Source: Octopus sinensis
Lineage: Eukaryota
Direction of reading: 5' to 3'
NCBI RefSeq assembly: GCF_006345805.1
Contig: NC_042998.1
Span: 194,060,001 to 194,124,000, forward strand
DNA: 64,000 nt
Below the pieces are notes generated by a model. The model was not told where the DNA came from and ran no database searches. It worked only from the letters and a program-made list of their open reading frames with translations. The translations under genes and the position numbers were made by a program. Each line of letters opens with the position of its first letter. Position 1 is the stretch's first letter. Shown piece by piece: positions 1 through 13,200 of this stretch.

Positions 1-630
1 CGTGTGGTTGGGAAAAATATTCATTTTCTTTAGGGAAAAAATTGGATCATGTGAATTGTCCTGGTCCTCTCCTCCTCCAGTTCACCAGCACGCATTTTTT
101 TTCATATTCATTTACTACATGTTGTTCTACACCTGTTGCACTATTTTTTTGGAAACATTAACCTTTGGTTAATGTTTACTGTTTACATCTTGACCCAGAA
201 ATGAAAATCCACCCAAAAATACTGGAATGGGTCTAAAACAATGTGTAGGAGATGGATATGATATAAAAAAAATGTGCTCAAAGCAACAGGAGGGTGGGGA
301 GAGGACTTCAGAAAATTCACAAAATCTGAGTTTTTCCCTCATAACTCTTAGGAAAATGGGGTTTTATCAATGAAATTTTATAGAAATACCTTTCAAATGG
401 CATACATTGTGATTATAAAGTAATTTATGGGGAAAATCATTTCCAAAGGGTGGGGAGAGGACTTTGGAAATGAAATTGAGTATGCTTATATTTTAGTATT
501 TCAACTGTTAGAGTTATTTTCACAATTTATCCAGTACAACCCTTAAACAAGTAAATAGTATTTTCCTAAACAATAGATCCACTAATTTCGGTTAGTGACT
601 TATTCACAAATATACCAACACTAGTGGCCC

Positions 631-908
631 TCATCATCATCATCATCATCATCGTTTAACGTCCGCTTTCCATGCTAGTATGGGTTGGACGGTTCAACTG
701 GGGTCTGGTAAGCTATGGAGGCTGCACCAGGCCCAGTCTGATCTGGCAGTGTTTCTACAGCCAGATGCCCTTCCTAACGCCAACCACTCTGCGAGTGTAG
801 TGGGTGCTTTTTATGTGCCGTGTAGTGGGTGCTTTTTATGTGCCACCAGCACAGGTGCCAGATGAGGCTGGCAAACGGCCACAATCGGATGGTGCTTTTT
901 ACGTGCCT
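631..908 (-). mobile_element. RTE-LINE-derived 3' end / SINE-like copy with (GAT)n tail
   Basis: (CAT)n-CGTTTAACGTCCGCTTTCCATGCTAG motif shared with more than 12 copies in the window. Confidence 0.85.
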
Positions 909-3107
909 GCGAATGCACAAAAGCTCTTTTCAGAGTTATTTACTTTGAATTGTTATCTCATATCTGATTAACCTGTTATTACGTAACATGTATAATGATT
1001 TTAGTATACATACCTTATTAGTAATTCCTCTTATGTTCTATATATTCTGGGAATGCATTAAAGCCCTTTTCGGGGCTACTTTATTCGAATTCTTACTATT
1101 CGGTAACTAATTTCATGTTATTACATAACTGACTTTGTAATTTGGGTATTCATAACTTATTGGTAATTCCTAAAAACAAGATCCTGTGTAAGACAGTTCG
1201 GTATTCTCTGTAAATGCACAAAAACCATTTTAAGGGCTACATACTTTGTATTGTTGTTATCGGATTAGTGAAACAATTATGAGAACAGAACCAAGAGATA
1301 AGCCCTGCTTTTCCTGGGAATTACTGGGTACGTCTGCTAGTAATTAATGAGGGAAATAGAAAATGGAGTTCGAAGAATCCTTATTCATCTCAACGATCGT
1401 TTCGGTCCCTTGTGGGTGGGATACTGTACAACTGGTTGTGTTGCATTCTCTGATGCAGATGCATCTCATCAGGTGTTTTAAAGAAGATACCTCGCGAACT
1501 GTACTCGGTTTCACTTGGCATGTTGTTGTTGCCAGTAGGTTGTTGGCCCTAATGACAAGGGACTGACATAAGATAAGTCAAAACGGTTGCTGTGATGAAT
1601 AAGGATTCTTGTGAACTCCATTTCATGTTTCCCCCGCTCATTATAAACTGAATGAACAGTGTAGAATTCCTGCGGTAGATCCAGTGACACTTATATCAAA
1701 ACTGTAAAAGTGATTTAATTAGCATACTACTACTACTAATCATATATCCAAAGTCCAAATAATTCTCCTATTTTGCTAACCAGGCTCTATTCTCATATTC
1801 TTGTTCCTTGCAAGTATACCCTAGCACTCCACCATCTCTCTTCTACTCTCTCTTACACTTTTGCTGTTTCCTACTCTCTCTCACTTTGGTCATGCCCCTC
1901 CCCTCTCTCTCTCCTCTTGTTTCTTCTCTGACTAGGTAACTAAGTATCACCTTTACATCAGCACACTTGTTTCTGGTCTCTTTCTGTACCTCTCTCTCTT
2001 ACTCTCTCTCACTAGGTCCTCCTCTATAGCAAGACACCTATTTCTGCCTCTCTATTTCTCTGTTACACTCTAACCTTTCATCATTTGATACTGGATCACC
2101 TCCTCTAATGCCAAGACACCTGCTTCTGTCTCTCTATCTCTTTGTCACACACTAACTTTCATCCTCTGACACAAATGCCCTGCCCCTCTCATAATTCAAT
2201 AGAGTGGGTAGAACAGAAAATCAGTGCAGCAGAAGAAAAGAAAATGAACAAAACACATGAGTATGAAGAGGGAAACACAGTAACGGGAGTGATAGTATGA
2301 GAGAGAAATGAAAGACACAGTAATGTCAGAGATTAATCAGAATGACACTTATCTGGAGAGAAAGAGAGAGCAAGATGAACTGTTATAGATTGTGACCCTT
2401 GCCTCTTTTAGAAGAATCCGCTGTTGCAAGCACTCAGTTGTAGATATTGACACTAGTACTATCCACTCATAGCTAATAGATAGCTGCTGTTGGATAGCAT
2501 ATATACCTGGCATACAATCCTTTATTCTGTCTTCCTCCATTTCACGACAGTAGTCACATGGTTTTGAGAGGCCACTTAAGGCTGGTGCCGGCTGGTTTAC
2601 TTGTGGCTATTGACACAACTTCACCTCAACACTTATCTCTGCCACTCATCTGGTCTTGGACACTTGATTGTTGATGTTGCTTAGCGTCTGGTCAGCCCTG
2701 ACTGAGCAGATCTATGCTTTTCTCTCAACCTCTATATGATCATGTAATCTGTTTGAAATAGCAACCAAATCCACCTCAAGTCATATGCTGTCATTTTAGA
2801 ACAGGAAAATAGACATTGAATAATGTAATCTTAGATATACTGTCTGAACTAAGCGGGGATGCTCATGGCCAGAATGCCATATGTGTGATGTATCAGAGCT
2901 GACTAAGGGTACAGGTGTGGCTTATATTGAAGTCACTTTGCAACTTGCTGATTTCTGGTTCAATCCCACTGCGTGTCTTTTCTGTTCTTAGGTTAAACTT
3001 ACCCCATCACCCAGTTTAACACCATCACCAAGTCCTTGAGTACCCTGAGTGGAGTCCATTTTATTGCGAGCATTCAGACCAAGTCTTTTGTCTAAGGATA
3101 ATATCTC

Positions 3108-4026
3108 TTAACCCTTTCATTACCAACCCGGCTGAAACCGGCTCTGGCTCTGAGTACAAATGTCTTGTTTTCATAATTTTTGAATTAAAATCTTCCATCA
3201 AACCTTAGTCACAATTTATGTTCCTAACACTAGCTGAATGATAACTAAGTCATTTTACTAAATTCTTTGTTATATTTAAAGTAATTGAAAGAAACACAGA
3301 GCATCTCAAAATAAATACAGTAACAAAATGGTTAAAATATATAATAGAGAAACAATTCTTAACCCTTTTGATAGCAACCCGGCTGAAACCGGCTCTGGCT
3401 CTGAGTACAAATGTCTTGTTTTCATAAGTTTTGAATTAAAATCTTCCACCAAACCTTAGTCCCAATTTATGTTCCTAACACTAGCTGAATGATAACTAAG
3501 TTATTTTACTAAATTCTTTGTTATATTTAAAATAATTGGAAGAAACACAGAGCATCTCAAAATAAATACAGTAACAAAATGGTTAAAATATATAATAGAG
3601 AAACAATTCTTAACCCTTTTGATAGCAACCCGGCTGAAACCAGCTCTGGCTCTGAGTACAAATGTCTTGTTTTCATAAGTTTTGAATTAAAATCTTCCAC
3701 CAAACCTTAGTCCCAATTTATGTTCCTAACACTAGCTGAATGATAACTAAGTCATTTTACTAAATTCTTTGTTATATTTAACCCTTTAGTGTTCAGATTA
3801 ATTTGTCAAATGTAATGCTTATCTGTTCACATTAATTTTGATTTATTCAGGTTCAAGTGGGGTGTCCACAATATTTACTTGTAACTTTGTTAATTTTCTA
3901 CATACAGCTTTGAAACTTTGTAAATGGGTGCTTATATGCCAGCGGTTTATAATTACGTAATTTTAGCTGATCTTTTTGAAAGAAACACAGAGCATCTCCA
4001 AATAAATACAGTAACGAAAGGGTTAA
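3108..4026. mobile_element. Tandem array (251 bp period) of piggyBac-type MITEs with a nested second MITE end
   Basis: TTAACCCTTT starts at 3108, 3359, 3610 and 3778; (A/T)GGTTAA ends at 3335, 3586 and 4026; units nearly identical. Confidence 0.8.
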
Positions 4027-4198
4027 TCCAGTCTTGGCAGCCCTGGAAAAAGAGTCAAGTGGTTGCTCTTCTTCTGATTAAATTATTAAAAAAAAAATGA
4101 ACAAACAAAATAGCATTATAATGGAATTAAAAACACCGTTTCTAGTGATTCCTCTGAAATACTAAAATTGAAGAAAAGTCCTTTTTTTTACATTGCAG

Positions 4199-4268
4199 GT
4201 CCTTAGAAGTGGTCGGCGGTGTGGTGTTCAATGTTTGCGTCCATATTCAAATGCAGGATTCAGTTTTT
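4199..4268 (+). CDS. ACADM: ACADM window exon 1 (equivalent to human exon 2), [23 protein letters not shown], part of the mitochondrial presequence
   Basis: Polypyrimidine + TTGCAG acceptor, GTATGT donor at 4269. 70 nt, and its phase-1 end matches the next exon. VLRS and GFSF align with human MCAD. Confidence 0.85.
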
Positions 4269-7200
4269 GTATGTGAGATCTTTCCTTTATTTTATTTATT
4301 TTATATTGTCTCTGATGAACAATAGCATTATCGGTTATAAGTTTTCAATGGACCAGTTACTGATTTACTGCATTTAAACCGGCCATATCCGGCCAGAAGT
4401 ATTCTGCCTGTTTTATTTTCAAAATGGCCAGATCTGGTCTCTCAGACCAACCCTACAATATCGTTTTAAAAATTAACAGCTACCTCATCAAAATCTCAAA
4501 GCTACAAGGTAATGCATGATTAATTCAAAACAATGTGGATGAAGAAGCATTAATTTTGGCAGAATAATGCGAACACTAAAGGGTTAAAGGTAGTTAAAGT
4601 GACTAGGGTGTATGTCTGTCTGAAGTTCAGGCATTTGTGTATAACAAAACTATGAATAATATTCTTTCAAAATGCTTCAGAATTACAATGAATTTTCGAA
4701 AACATTTACCATTTCAACATCAACTTGTCTGAAAATGGCCCTAGTTCTATGATACAAATTTCCCATTTTGAAGTGATTTAAATTAAAACCTGACAAATGT
4801 CATGGTAATTTATATTCCTAGCAACTGTTTATTATGGACAAATTATTTCATTAAATTTAATTGAAAGAATGACAATGTATTTACACAGGAATATGATAGT
4901 CATCATCATCGTTTAACGTTCGTTTTCCATGCTAGCATGGGTTGGACAGTTCGACCGGGGTCTGGGAAGCCAGGAGGCTGCACCAGGCTCCAGTCTGATC
5001 TGGCAGTGTTTCTGTAGCTGGATGCCCTTCCTAACGCCAACCACTCCGTGAGTGTAGTGGGTGCTTTTTACGTGCCACTGGAGGCTGGCAACGGCCACGA
5101 TCGGTTGGTGCTTTTTATGTGCCACCGGCACAGAAGCCAGTCAAGGTGGTGAAGGGTTAAATTATAGATACCCTTTGGGTACACTGATGTTCCACTGCAC
5201 ATGGTTTGAGTAACTCTGCTGTAGGGTTTTATTTCAGACTAGCAAACACACCTGTCCTTTGAACAGTTTAAGTTACTTTGGTGGTATTTTTTTTACCAAA
5301 TAATTGAACTACCGAGGTTTATGAGTAGCATGGCAATCTATGTTTCCGATTAACCCAGGAACGGGAAACCAAGTTGAAAGCTGGCTATTGTGGAGGTCGT
5401 TGAACTTGAATGATCATAGAACATATAAGTTTGCAAGCAATGCAAAGTAGAGCTACTGAAGTGTTTTGGGAGTAGATTACGGATAATGACTACAAAATAT
5501 AGTTGTTTTAAATGAAAGCGAAATTTCTGGTGATAGTTTAAAAAAGGCTAGAACGTCAATGCTAAAACATATTTGAAACAAAGGACAACAGTTGAGATAT
5601 CATAATGGATGGGTAAATAAGCATCCTTTAAAGTGAAACAGCACATTGGTAGGTAAACAAAGGTGTCAACAACTAGAAGAGCAGGAAGGGAACATTACCT
5701 TTCAGATAACTCAGAATAGGTAAAGGTAAGCCTGCCAAAGTTTAATGCAGTTTAAATATGGAGATTAAGATTGTTTGGTATTGGATATTCATCGTGTACA
5801 GTGTTCCTAGTCAATTTAATCAAAGTAGAGAAGTAATAATACACAATTACAACATGTAAATAAGTAATAAATTAAAAAATGTGAAAACAACTAAAAAAAT
5901 ATTCACTAATGCAAATATATGACCTTTTAGATTTTAAAAGTATGGAAAGCAGTCAAAATGAATAAATAGACGAAATTCTTTCACTTTTATAATATTCTCT
6001 AACCAAAACACTCAATAGACACCAATACACATATTTAAAATATATATAGAAAGTAATAACACACAATTACAATATATAAATAAATAATAAATTTAAAAAA
6101 TGTGAAAAACCACTAAAACATATTCCTTAATGCCTATATATGACCATATAGATTAAAAAAATATGGAAGACCCTACATAAAAAAAACTATATATACAACA
6201 AATTAGGGAAAAACCCGTGTTAACCACAGTTTTTTCCGGTTTGTCCATTTACGTGGGAGTTCTGGGTAAAATGTTACAATGTAATGTTACAATGTAATGC
6301 TTATCTGGGACATAAGTAATGTGTGTGTGTGAAGTTTGGTGAAAATCGGTTGAGAATTGTGGAAATGTATGCATTAGTCAATATATACACACATACTTCC
6401 AACCCATGCCTTGTCCAACCCATGCCAGCATGGAAAGCGGACATTAAACGATGATGATGATACTGCTAGTATATATATATTAGATAAAACCCTAGTCTGT
6501 TGTGATAATTATCTTCAAGGATAAGGTGTAATTTATTAATTTCTATCTTTGGCACAATGTCATACATTTGTAACAAAGTGATATAAAGTTTTAATGACTC
6601 TGAAAGTCAAATTTGAACTAAGAACAGAAAAGAATGAGACAATGCTTTCAGATATTTTTCATATAAGATAGGAGGAGGGACCATCTTTATGAATTTTGGA
6701 AGTCTGTCTCCCAGACTGGTTCGATTGATGTTGTTGATGTTCAGTTTGAATACCAGGAGGTTGGATTCTGTTGGGAAAATGTAAGCCAGATGGGAATTAC
6801 ATAAGATTACAGTTTTGGAGAAAAATACTTGGAGAAGTACTTAATACGTTGTCTTGGCAGTAAAACCACATCTAGGATGATCAAATAAGTATCTAACAGG
6901 TGGGCTTGAGAGAAAAGAATATGTAGCTTGTTTGGAGAATTAGAGATTTGTAGCAGCAATAGAAAAAAACATTGGTATGGTCATGTACTACGGATGGATG
7001 AGGAGAGATGTGTGAAGAAGTGCCACTCCCAAACTGTTGAAGGGATCCGGGGTAGAGGTAGACCTAGGAAGACATGGGACGAGGTGGTCAAGCATCACCT
7101 TCGTACTCTGAGTCTCACAGAGGCTATGACGAAAGTTCGAGACCTCTGGGGATATGCTGTGACTTCTAAGACCCGACAAATGAAGTGAGTTCATGGCTCG

Positions 7201-10200
7201 CAGGACGGCCTGCTGTGCTAACCTTGGATTGTAGAGTGACCCGTTGTTCTTGAGGAGACCTATTGAGTCAAGTACGTCAACACCAACATCAAAATAAAAA
7301 TCAAATAGAAATTGTAGTTAAGACACCTGTGCTGGTGACACGTAAAAAGTACCAACCGATCATGGCCGTTTGCTAGCCCACTCTGGCCCCTGTGCCGATG
7401 ATACGTAAAAAACACCCACTATACTCACAGAGTGGTTGGCGTTAGGAAGGGCATCCAGCTGTAGAAACACTGCCAAACCAGATTGGAGCCTGGTGCAGCC
7501 TCCATAGCTTACCAGACCCCAGTCGAACCGTCCAACCCATGTTAGCATGGAAAACGGACGTTAAATGATGATGATGATGATGATGATGATTGTTTCTGTG
7601 ATCCACATCTAGTGGTTGTAGTCAATTGATGATTGAATCCTTGTTAATCAATTAAATGATCTTCTGTGCAATGGCATTACTGTTCCAGATGTGGTGCCGT
7701 ACACTAATTTAGGGCTTATTTGTGCTTTGTAGAGGTTTAAAAATCGATCAAGGCTGGTGTATTTCCTGGGCCACCTGAAGGAATCTAAGTATTTGTGATA
7801 CAGTTTTTTGACAATGTGATATGTGGAGTTGCCATAAGAGATTATCAGTAATTATGAGGATTAGCTTTTGTAGTGACTTTGGACTTAAGATAATGCGGTA
7901 CAAGATTGTTTCATTGGTATGTTTAGTTACTGGGTCTTTGCTATGGAAAGTGACACAACTGACATGGTTTCATTAAAGAATAGTCTCTTAGTCTCTCTTC
8001 ATTGATTCACTGTATCTTTTATTATATAGTCAAGGGTGACTATGTAATAAACCTTGGCACAGTTTTTACAGCTGAATGCCCTCCCTAATGCCAACCACTT
8101 AGGAGAGTGGACTGAGTGCTTTTTACGTGGCACAAGCACAGAAAAATGTATGTGCCCTTGGTGAGGATTGAACTCATGACCTTCAGATTTCTCTAACTTC
8201 ATGCTTGATTATGAGACTGATGTGCTGCTTGAAGAAATAAGCAGGTTATTAATATAGATATATATTTCATTATTGCCCACAAGAGGCTAAACATAGAGGG
8301 GACAAACAAACGGATTAAGTCGATTACATCGACCCCAGTGCGTAACTGGTACTTATTTATCAACCCCGAAAGGATGAAAGGCAAAGTCGACCTCGGTGGA
8401 AGTTGAACTTAAAATGTAACGACAGACGAAACACCTATTTCTTTACTACCCACAAGGGGCTAAACATAGAGTGGACAAACAAGGACAGACAAACGGATCT
8501 AGTCAATTACATCGACCCCAGTGCGTAACTGGTACTTAATCTATCGACCCCGAAAGGATGAAAGGCAAAGTCAACCTCGGCGGAATTTGAACTCAGAATG
8601 TAACGACAGACGAAATACCGCTAAGCATTTCGCCCTGTGTGCTAATAGGTCTGCCAGCTCGCAGGATTATTAATATAGAAATAGAGAAAGATGAGTGTAG
8701 GTGACATAACAGAGACTTGTGTAGGTGATACACGGTTGTTTTTATCGCTTCAGGCTTTGCCATGTCAAAGTTGTTTGTTTCTGTTTGTATCGTTTGTACT
8801 ATTGAAGAAGTGACACAACAAACATGCAACATAATTAAGGGTAAATTGTAGATTTTTTTTGTTTACACTCATTAACTGAAACTGTGTTGTCAAATTATGC
8901 CAGAGTAACTTGAAAAATGAATCAATTCCATGTGGATTTACTTTTCTCAGCATCATGCACTAACTGTAAACAAATTCAGTCATACAGGTGATGACATTTG
9001 TTTGCAATCTTCTTTGGAGAGGTGCCCAAACTGGAGGAAAATATTTTCTTGCTTCAAAACAAGTGAAGATTGGTGATAGACCATCTGGCTATAGAAATTC
9101 TTATAATACATTCCTGGATGTATTAAGCATGAGTTCAGGACATCTGTATACCACAAACCAATCTTCACTGGACGGTACCTCAACTTCAATTCCCACCATC
9201 CATACTGTGCAACGATAACAATAATCAACATATTTTTATACTTTAATTTTTATTAAGTACTGACTGCTTTTCTTTCCTACTCTCTCCTTATGCTTCTCTC
9301 TCTTTGTTTTTCCTGAAGAATGTCCAAGTTCCTAAAAGCTAAGGCATTCCACATTCATTTCGATTCTCAAGCATTAAACTAATACCATATAAGTCAAACT
9401 TTGTACTTTTTAATAACTATCAACTTTACATTTGATGTGTATAGACCTTATTTTTTTCTTTTTTTTTTTTTCCTCTTTACAGCACTTACTGAAGATCAGA
9501 AAGATATGCAGCAACTTGCTCGCAAGTTTGCCCGGGAAGAAATCATGCCAATTGCAGCACATCATGACAAAACTGGAGAAGTTAGTTGTTTGATTATACT
9601 AATACTGTTATCTCTCTATATAAAGGTGAAACGGCTGAAAGTTGTATGTTTGCATGTCTCATTTAGTGGTTATGCAGGGTTCAGTGGCAGTAGGCGTGCT
9701 CGGATTGCAGTGAAAATTTACAGGGACATGTAAAATGAGGCAAGGAAGCCACTGGACTAAGTTAGAAATCTCCATCTCAAAAGCTGTGGTTACTAGGGCA
9801 ACAAAACCCAAACTTTAACAAGTGTTTGTTGTTTCTCTCTTTCGGATATCGCCCTGTCTTCCTCGATCTCTCACTTTCCTCTCTTCCCTCTACATTCTCT
9901 CTATAACGACGTTTGACAGCATCCACTCCCTTTCCCTCTCTGCCTTCGCCTTCTCTCTGTCACTGTTTCTCCTACCGCCTCTCTCTCTGTATGTCTGTCT
10001 GTATCTATAGAGAAAAAGCATTGACAGCTACAAAAGTTTAAATATTCCTGCCACAGGTCTTTTACAACAGTGAATTATTATCGCCCACTACCACCGCACA
10101 ATCTTCCCGCCACAGGTCTTTTTGGACGGTGAATTATTATCATTCACCACTACTGCACAATCATGATAACAGATATTATTAATCAGATATTTGTTGAGTT

Positions 10201-13200
10201 AATTTGTATATCTACATATGTGTGTGTGTGTATATATATATATAAAGTGTATATATCTATATTTATATATATGTGTGTACATATATAATGTGTATACATA
10301 TGTATATATAATGCGTATATATGTACATATATTTAATGTGTATGTATATATATATATATTTATATATATATAATGTGTGCATATGTGGTCAGATTGAGCT
10401 GAAAATATGCACACCTATGTTAAAAGTGCTGGTAAGTTTGCTCAATTGAAAGGTGCGGCCTGTAGGGCAAAATTCCTCCTCTTTTAAAATGTGGCCCAGA
10501 TGAAATCGGGTTATAGTAACCAAACAAGTAAAACAACGAAAAACTATGCCATTTTAATCCCGAGCAAAGCTGGGCATCTCTGTAAGTCTACTACATATTT
10601 ATGAAAAGGGCGGATGTTGTCTCACAAGCAGCTTGAAGGCAAAAGTGTTTGTAAATGTGGTTGGATTGAGCTGAAAATTTTCACACCTATGTTAAAAGTG
10701 CTAGTGAGTTTGCTCAATTGAAAGGCGTGACTTCTAGGGCAAAATTCCTCATCTTTTAAAATGTGGCCCACGTAGACCCGAATGAAATCGGCTTATAATA
10801 CGGAAACAAATGAAACAATAAACTCTTTTAATCCTGAGCAAGGTCGGGTTTCTCTGCTTGTTTTTCTCTAAACATGCCATGAAAGAGACAGTACTCATGA
10901 TTTTTAAAGGTCCTAAAGCTCTCTCAGACTGGTGAAACTGATATGACTTCTGACCATTCTGAACATTTGTAGTCTGGAAAAAAATTGAAAGCTTATTTAA
11001 TTGCAGAATTAGTTATTGACATGTCCTATTATACCACTGTTGAATATTGTTAAAATACCGAGGGTGATATACTGTTATACAACTGACCTGCTATAATTGA
11101 ATAAGATACTTTCATACAACAGTGGGATATTGACACATTCTCATAGGTAACATCAGGGATATTGATGTGTCCTGTCATACAATAGAATAGTTATAGGTTC
11201 ATTTATATAATAGAGCATCGATATGGCTTCTTATATTGCAGTATGATATTGATGTGTCCTGTCATATCAATTTTGGATATTCACATGTCCTGTTATATAA
11301 CTCTGGTATATGTTTCTCCTACCGCCTCTCTCTCTCTGTACGTCTGTCTGTATCTATAGAGAAAAAGCATTGACAGCTACAAAAGTTTAAATATTCCTGC
11401 CACAGGTCTTTTACAACAGTGAATTATTATCGCCCACTACCACCGCACAGTTGATATGGCTTATTTTACAGCTGTACTATATTGACAAGTCCTGTTATAT
11501 ATCTCTAGATTATTCATGTGACTTGTGATACTACAAGTTATTGATCAGGCAATTCTCTTTCTGTTGATAATGAAATTTCTCTTTGAAAATAATTTTAATG
11601 AAAAATTTCATTATAAAATGTATTTCTCATATATTGCTTTAAAATGTTTTCTTCTCTTTTTCAGTATCCTTGGGATATTGTAAAGAAAGTATTTGATCTT
11701 GGCCTTATAAATACACACATTCCTAAAGAGTATGGTAAGTCCTTGCATTAATAAAAAGTTAATCATCCATCCATCCATCCATCCATCCATCCATTTCTAG
11801 GGCCAACCATTCCTAGGAGGGTCAGAAGCAACCATTACATTTTCCTGCTAGATTCCCAAGTGTGACCAAATGAGACTACGGATGTGACACGTAAAAAGCA
11901 CCCACTACACCCACAGAGTGGTTGGCGTTAGGAAGGGCATCCAGCTGTAGAAACACTGCCAGATCAGACTGGAGCCTGGTGCAGCCTCCTGGCTTCCCAG
12001 ACCCCGGTCGAACCGTCCAACCCATGCTAGCATGGAAAACTGACGTTAAATGATGATGATGATGATCTTACTTGTGATCTAGCCCTAAGTCTCTTCCTGG
12101 TTAGCTTGACTTAAAGAATCAGTCTTGTGATCCTTTCCTGTGGCATTCTAACCACATGTCTGTTGTACCAGAGCTGTAACCTCTCAATATGGAGAAGGGT
12201 CCAAATGTTAGGGAACTAACATGTGTGAAAGTCAGTTAAAAAATAGAGTAGGGTAAAATAAAATAAAATAAAATAATGTGATAGACATAGTAAGGAATGG
12301 TAAAGTAAGGACTTCAATTAAGGTGTTAATATAATCCATGGTATTCCATCCTGTGGTAAGTAGATGAATAAAGTCACACCCGAGGAATTTTCACAGGCTG
12401 AGGTTTGCATCGTGTTTCTGTTATACTGGGAGAAATAGCGAGGGTAGTATGTTATGTGGTGGGTTTAATGATTTGGTCCATGTTACAGGGGTTAGAGGTT
12501 AAATGCCAACCACTATTTAGTAGATATAACATTATTAAAAGAGTTGGCAGAAATAACTTAGATTAAACTCTTTAGAGGGAAGTTTAATACATGAGGATAT
12601 TAATGAAAGAAAATTGGGTGAAGCCTAAATGCGATGCTAATATTAGTTACTTCTTGACCGAAACCTAGTTCCAAAACCCCTGTATGTAGTGGAGTGGGGT
12701 CAGAGTCAATCCTGCAACCGAATTGGTCATCTAATACTTAAAAACAACGTCGTTGTTCAAGTCTGTTAGGGCTATCGATGAATTCCAAGACCAGTAAAAC
12801 AAAAGTATAAAAATAAAATAAAATAAAGATAAATACAAATATCAGTATAAGAATATTTCAGGCATGAATAGTCTGGCGGGGTGGGGGGTCCTTACCAATG
12901 GAAGGGCCAAGGAAAGTACTTACAGATATGTGAATAGTGTTTTATTTGAAAATATCTGAGATACATATCTAATTAACGAGTAGTTTTCTGTAAGGGAGAA
13001 GTAAATGAAGAAGCATTTAGTTGAAGGGTAAACAAATGATAAACAAGATGCCAATGGGTTCCACTGTAGTTAAGTCTGCTGATATTACATTATCAGTGGT
13101 GAGATACCACACTAAGACATATACTAGAATAGTATTTATGGAGTGTTATTACATTGTTGGTAGGTCTGAGTAATAATTACAAGTTTACTAGTAAAGTCCG

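Noticed and set aside
911-1265. Degenerate ~140-160 bp triplication (GAATGCA.AAA.C..TTTT..GGGCTA)
   Set aside because: Too decayed to assign; probably internal repeats of an old DNA transposon.
3108-3780. CRISPR-like array (regular repeats)
   Set aside because: Units are 251 bp with identical spacers and TTAA/CCC transposon ends, in a eukaryotic intron with no cas genes.
1-4198. ACADM first coding exon
   Set aside because: No convincing ATG + phase-0 donor with promoter context was found; the region looks intronic, so exon 1 is probably upstream of the window.
9401-9733. ORF-track extensions around ACADM exons (also 19022-19210, 26279-26521, 30789-31142)
   Set aside because: Only the parts bounded by AG/GT align with MCAD; the extensions are intron read-through.
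12900-13200. GTHW motif suggesting an adenain/Ulp1-type protease of a Polinton or other element
   Set aside because: Only a 4-residue match in a stop-ridden frame, with no supporting Cys or Asp motifs.
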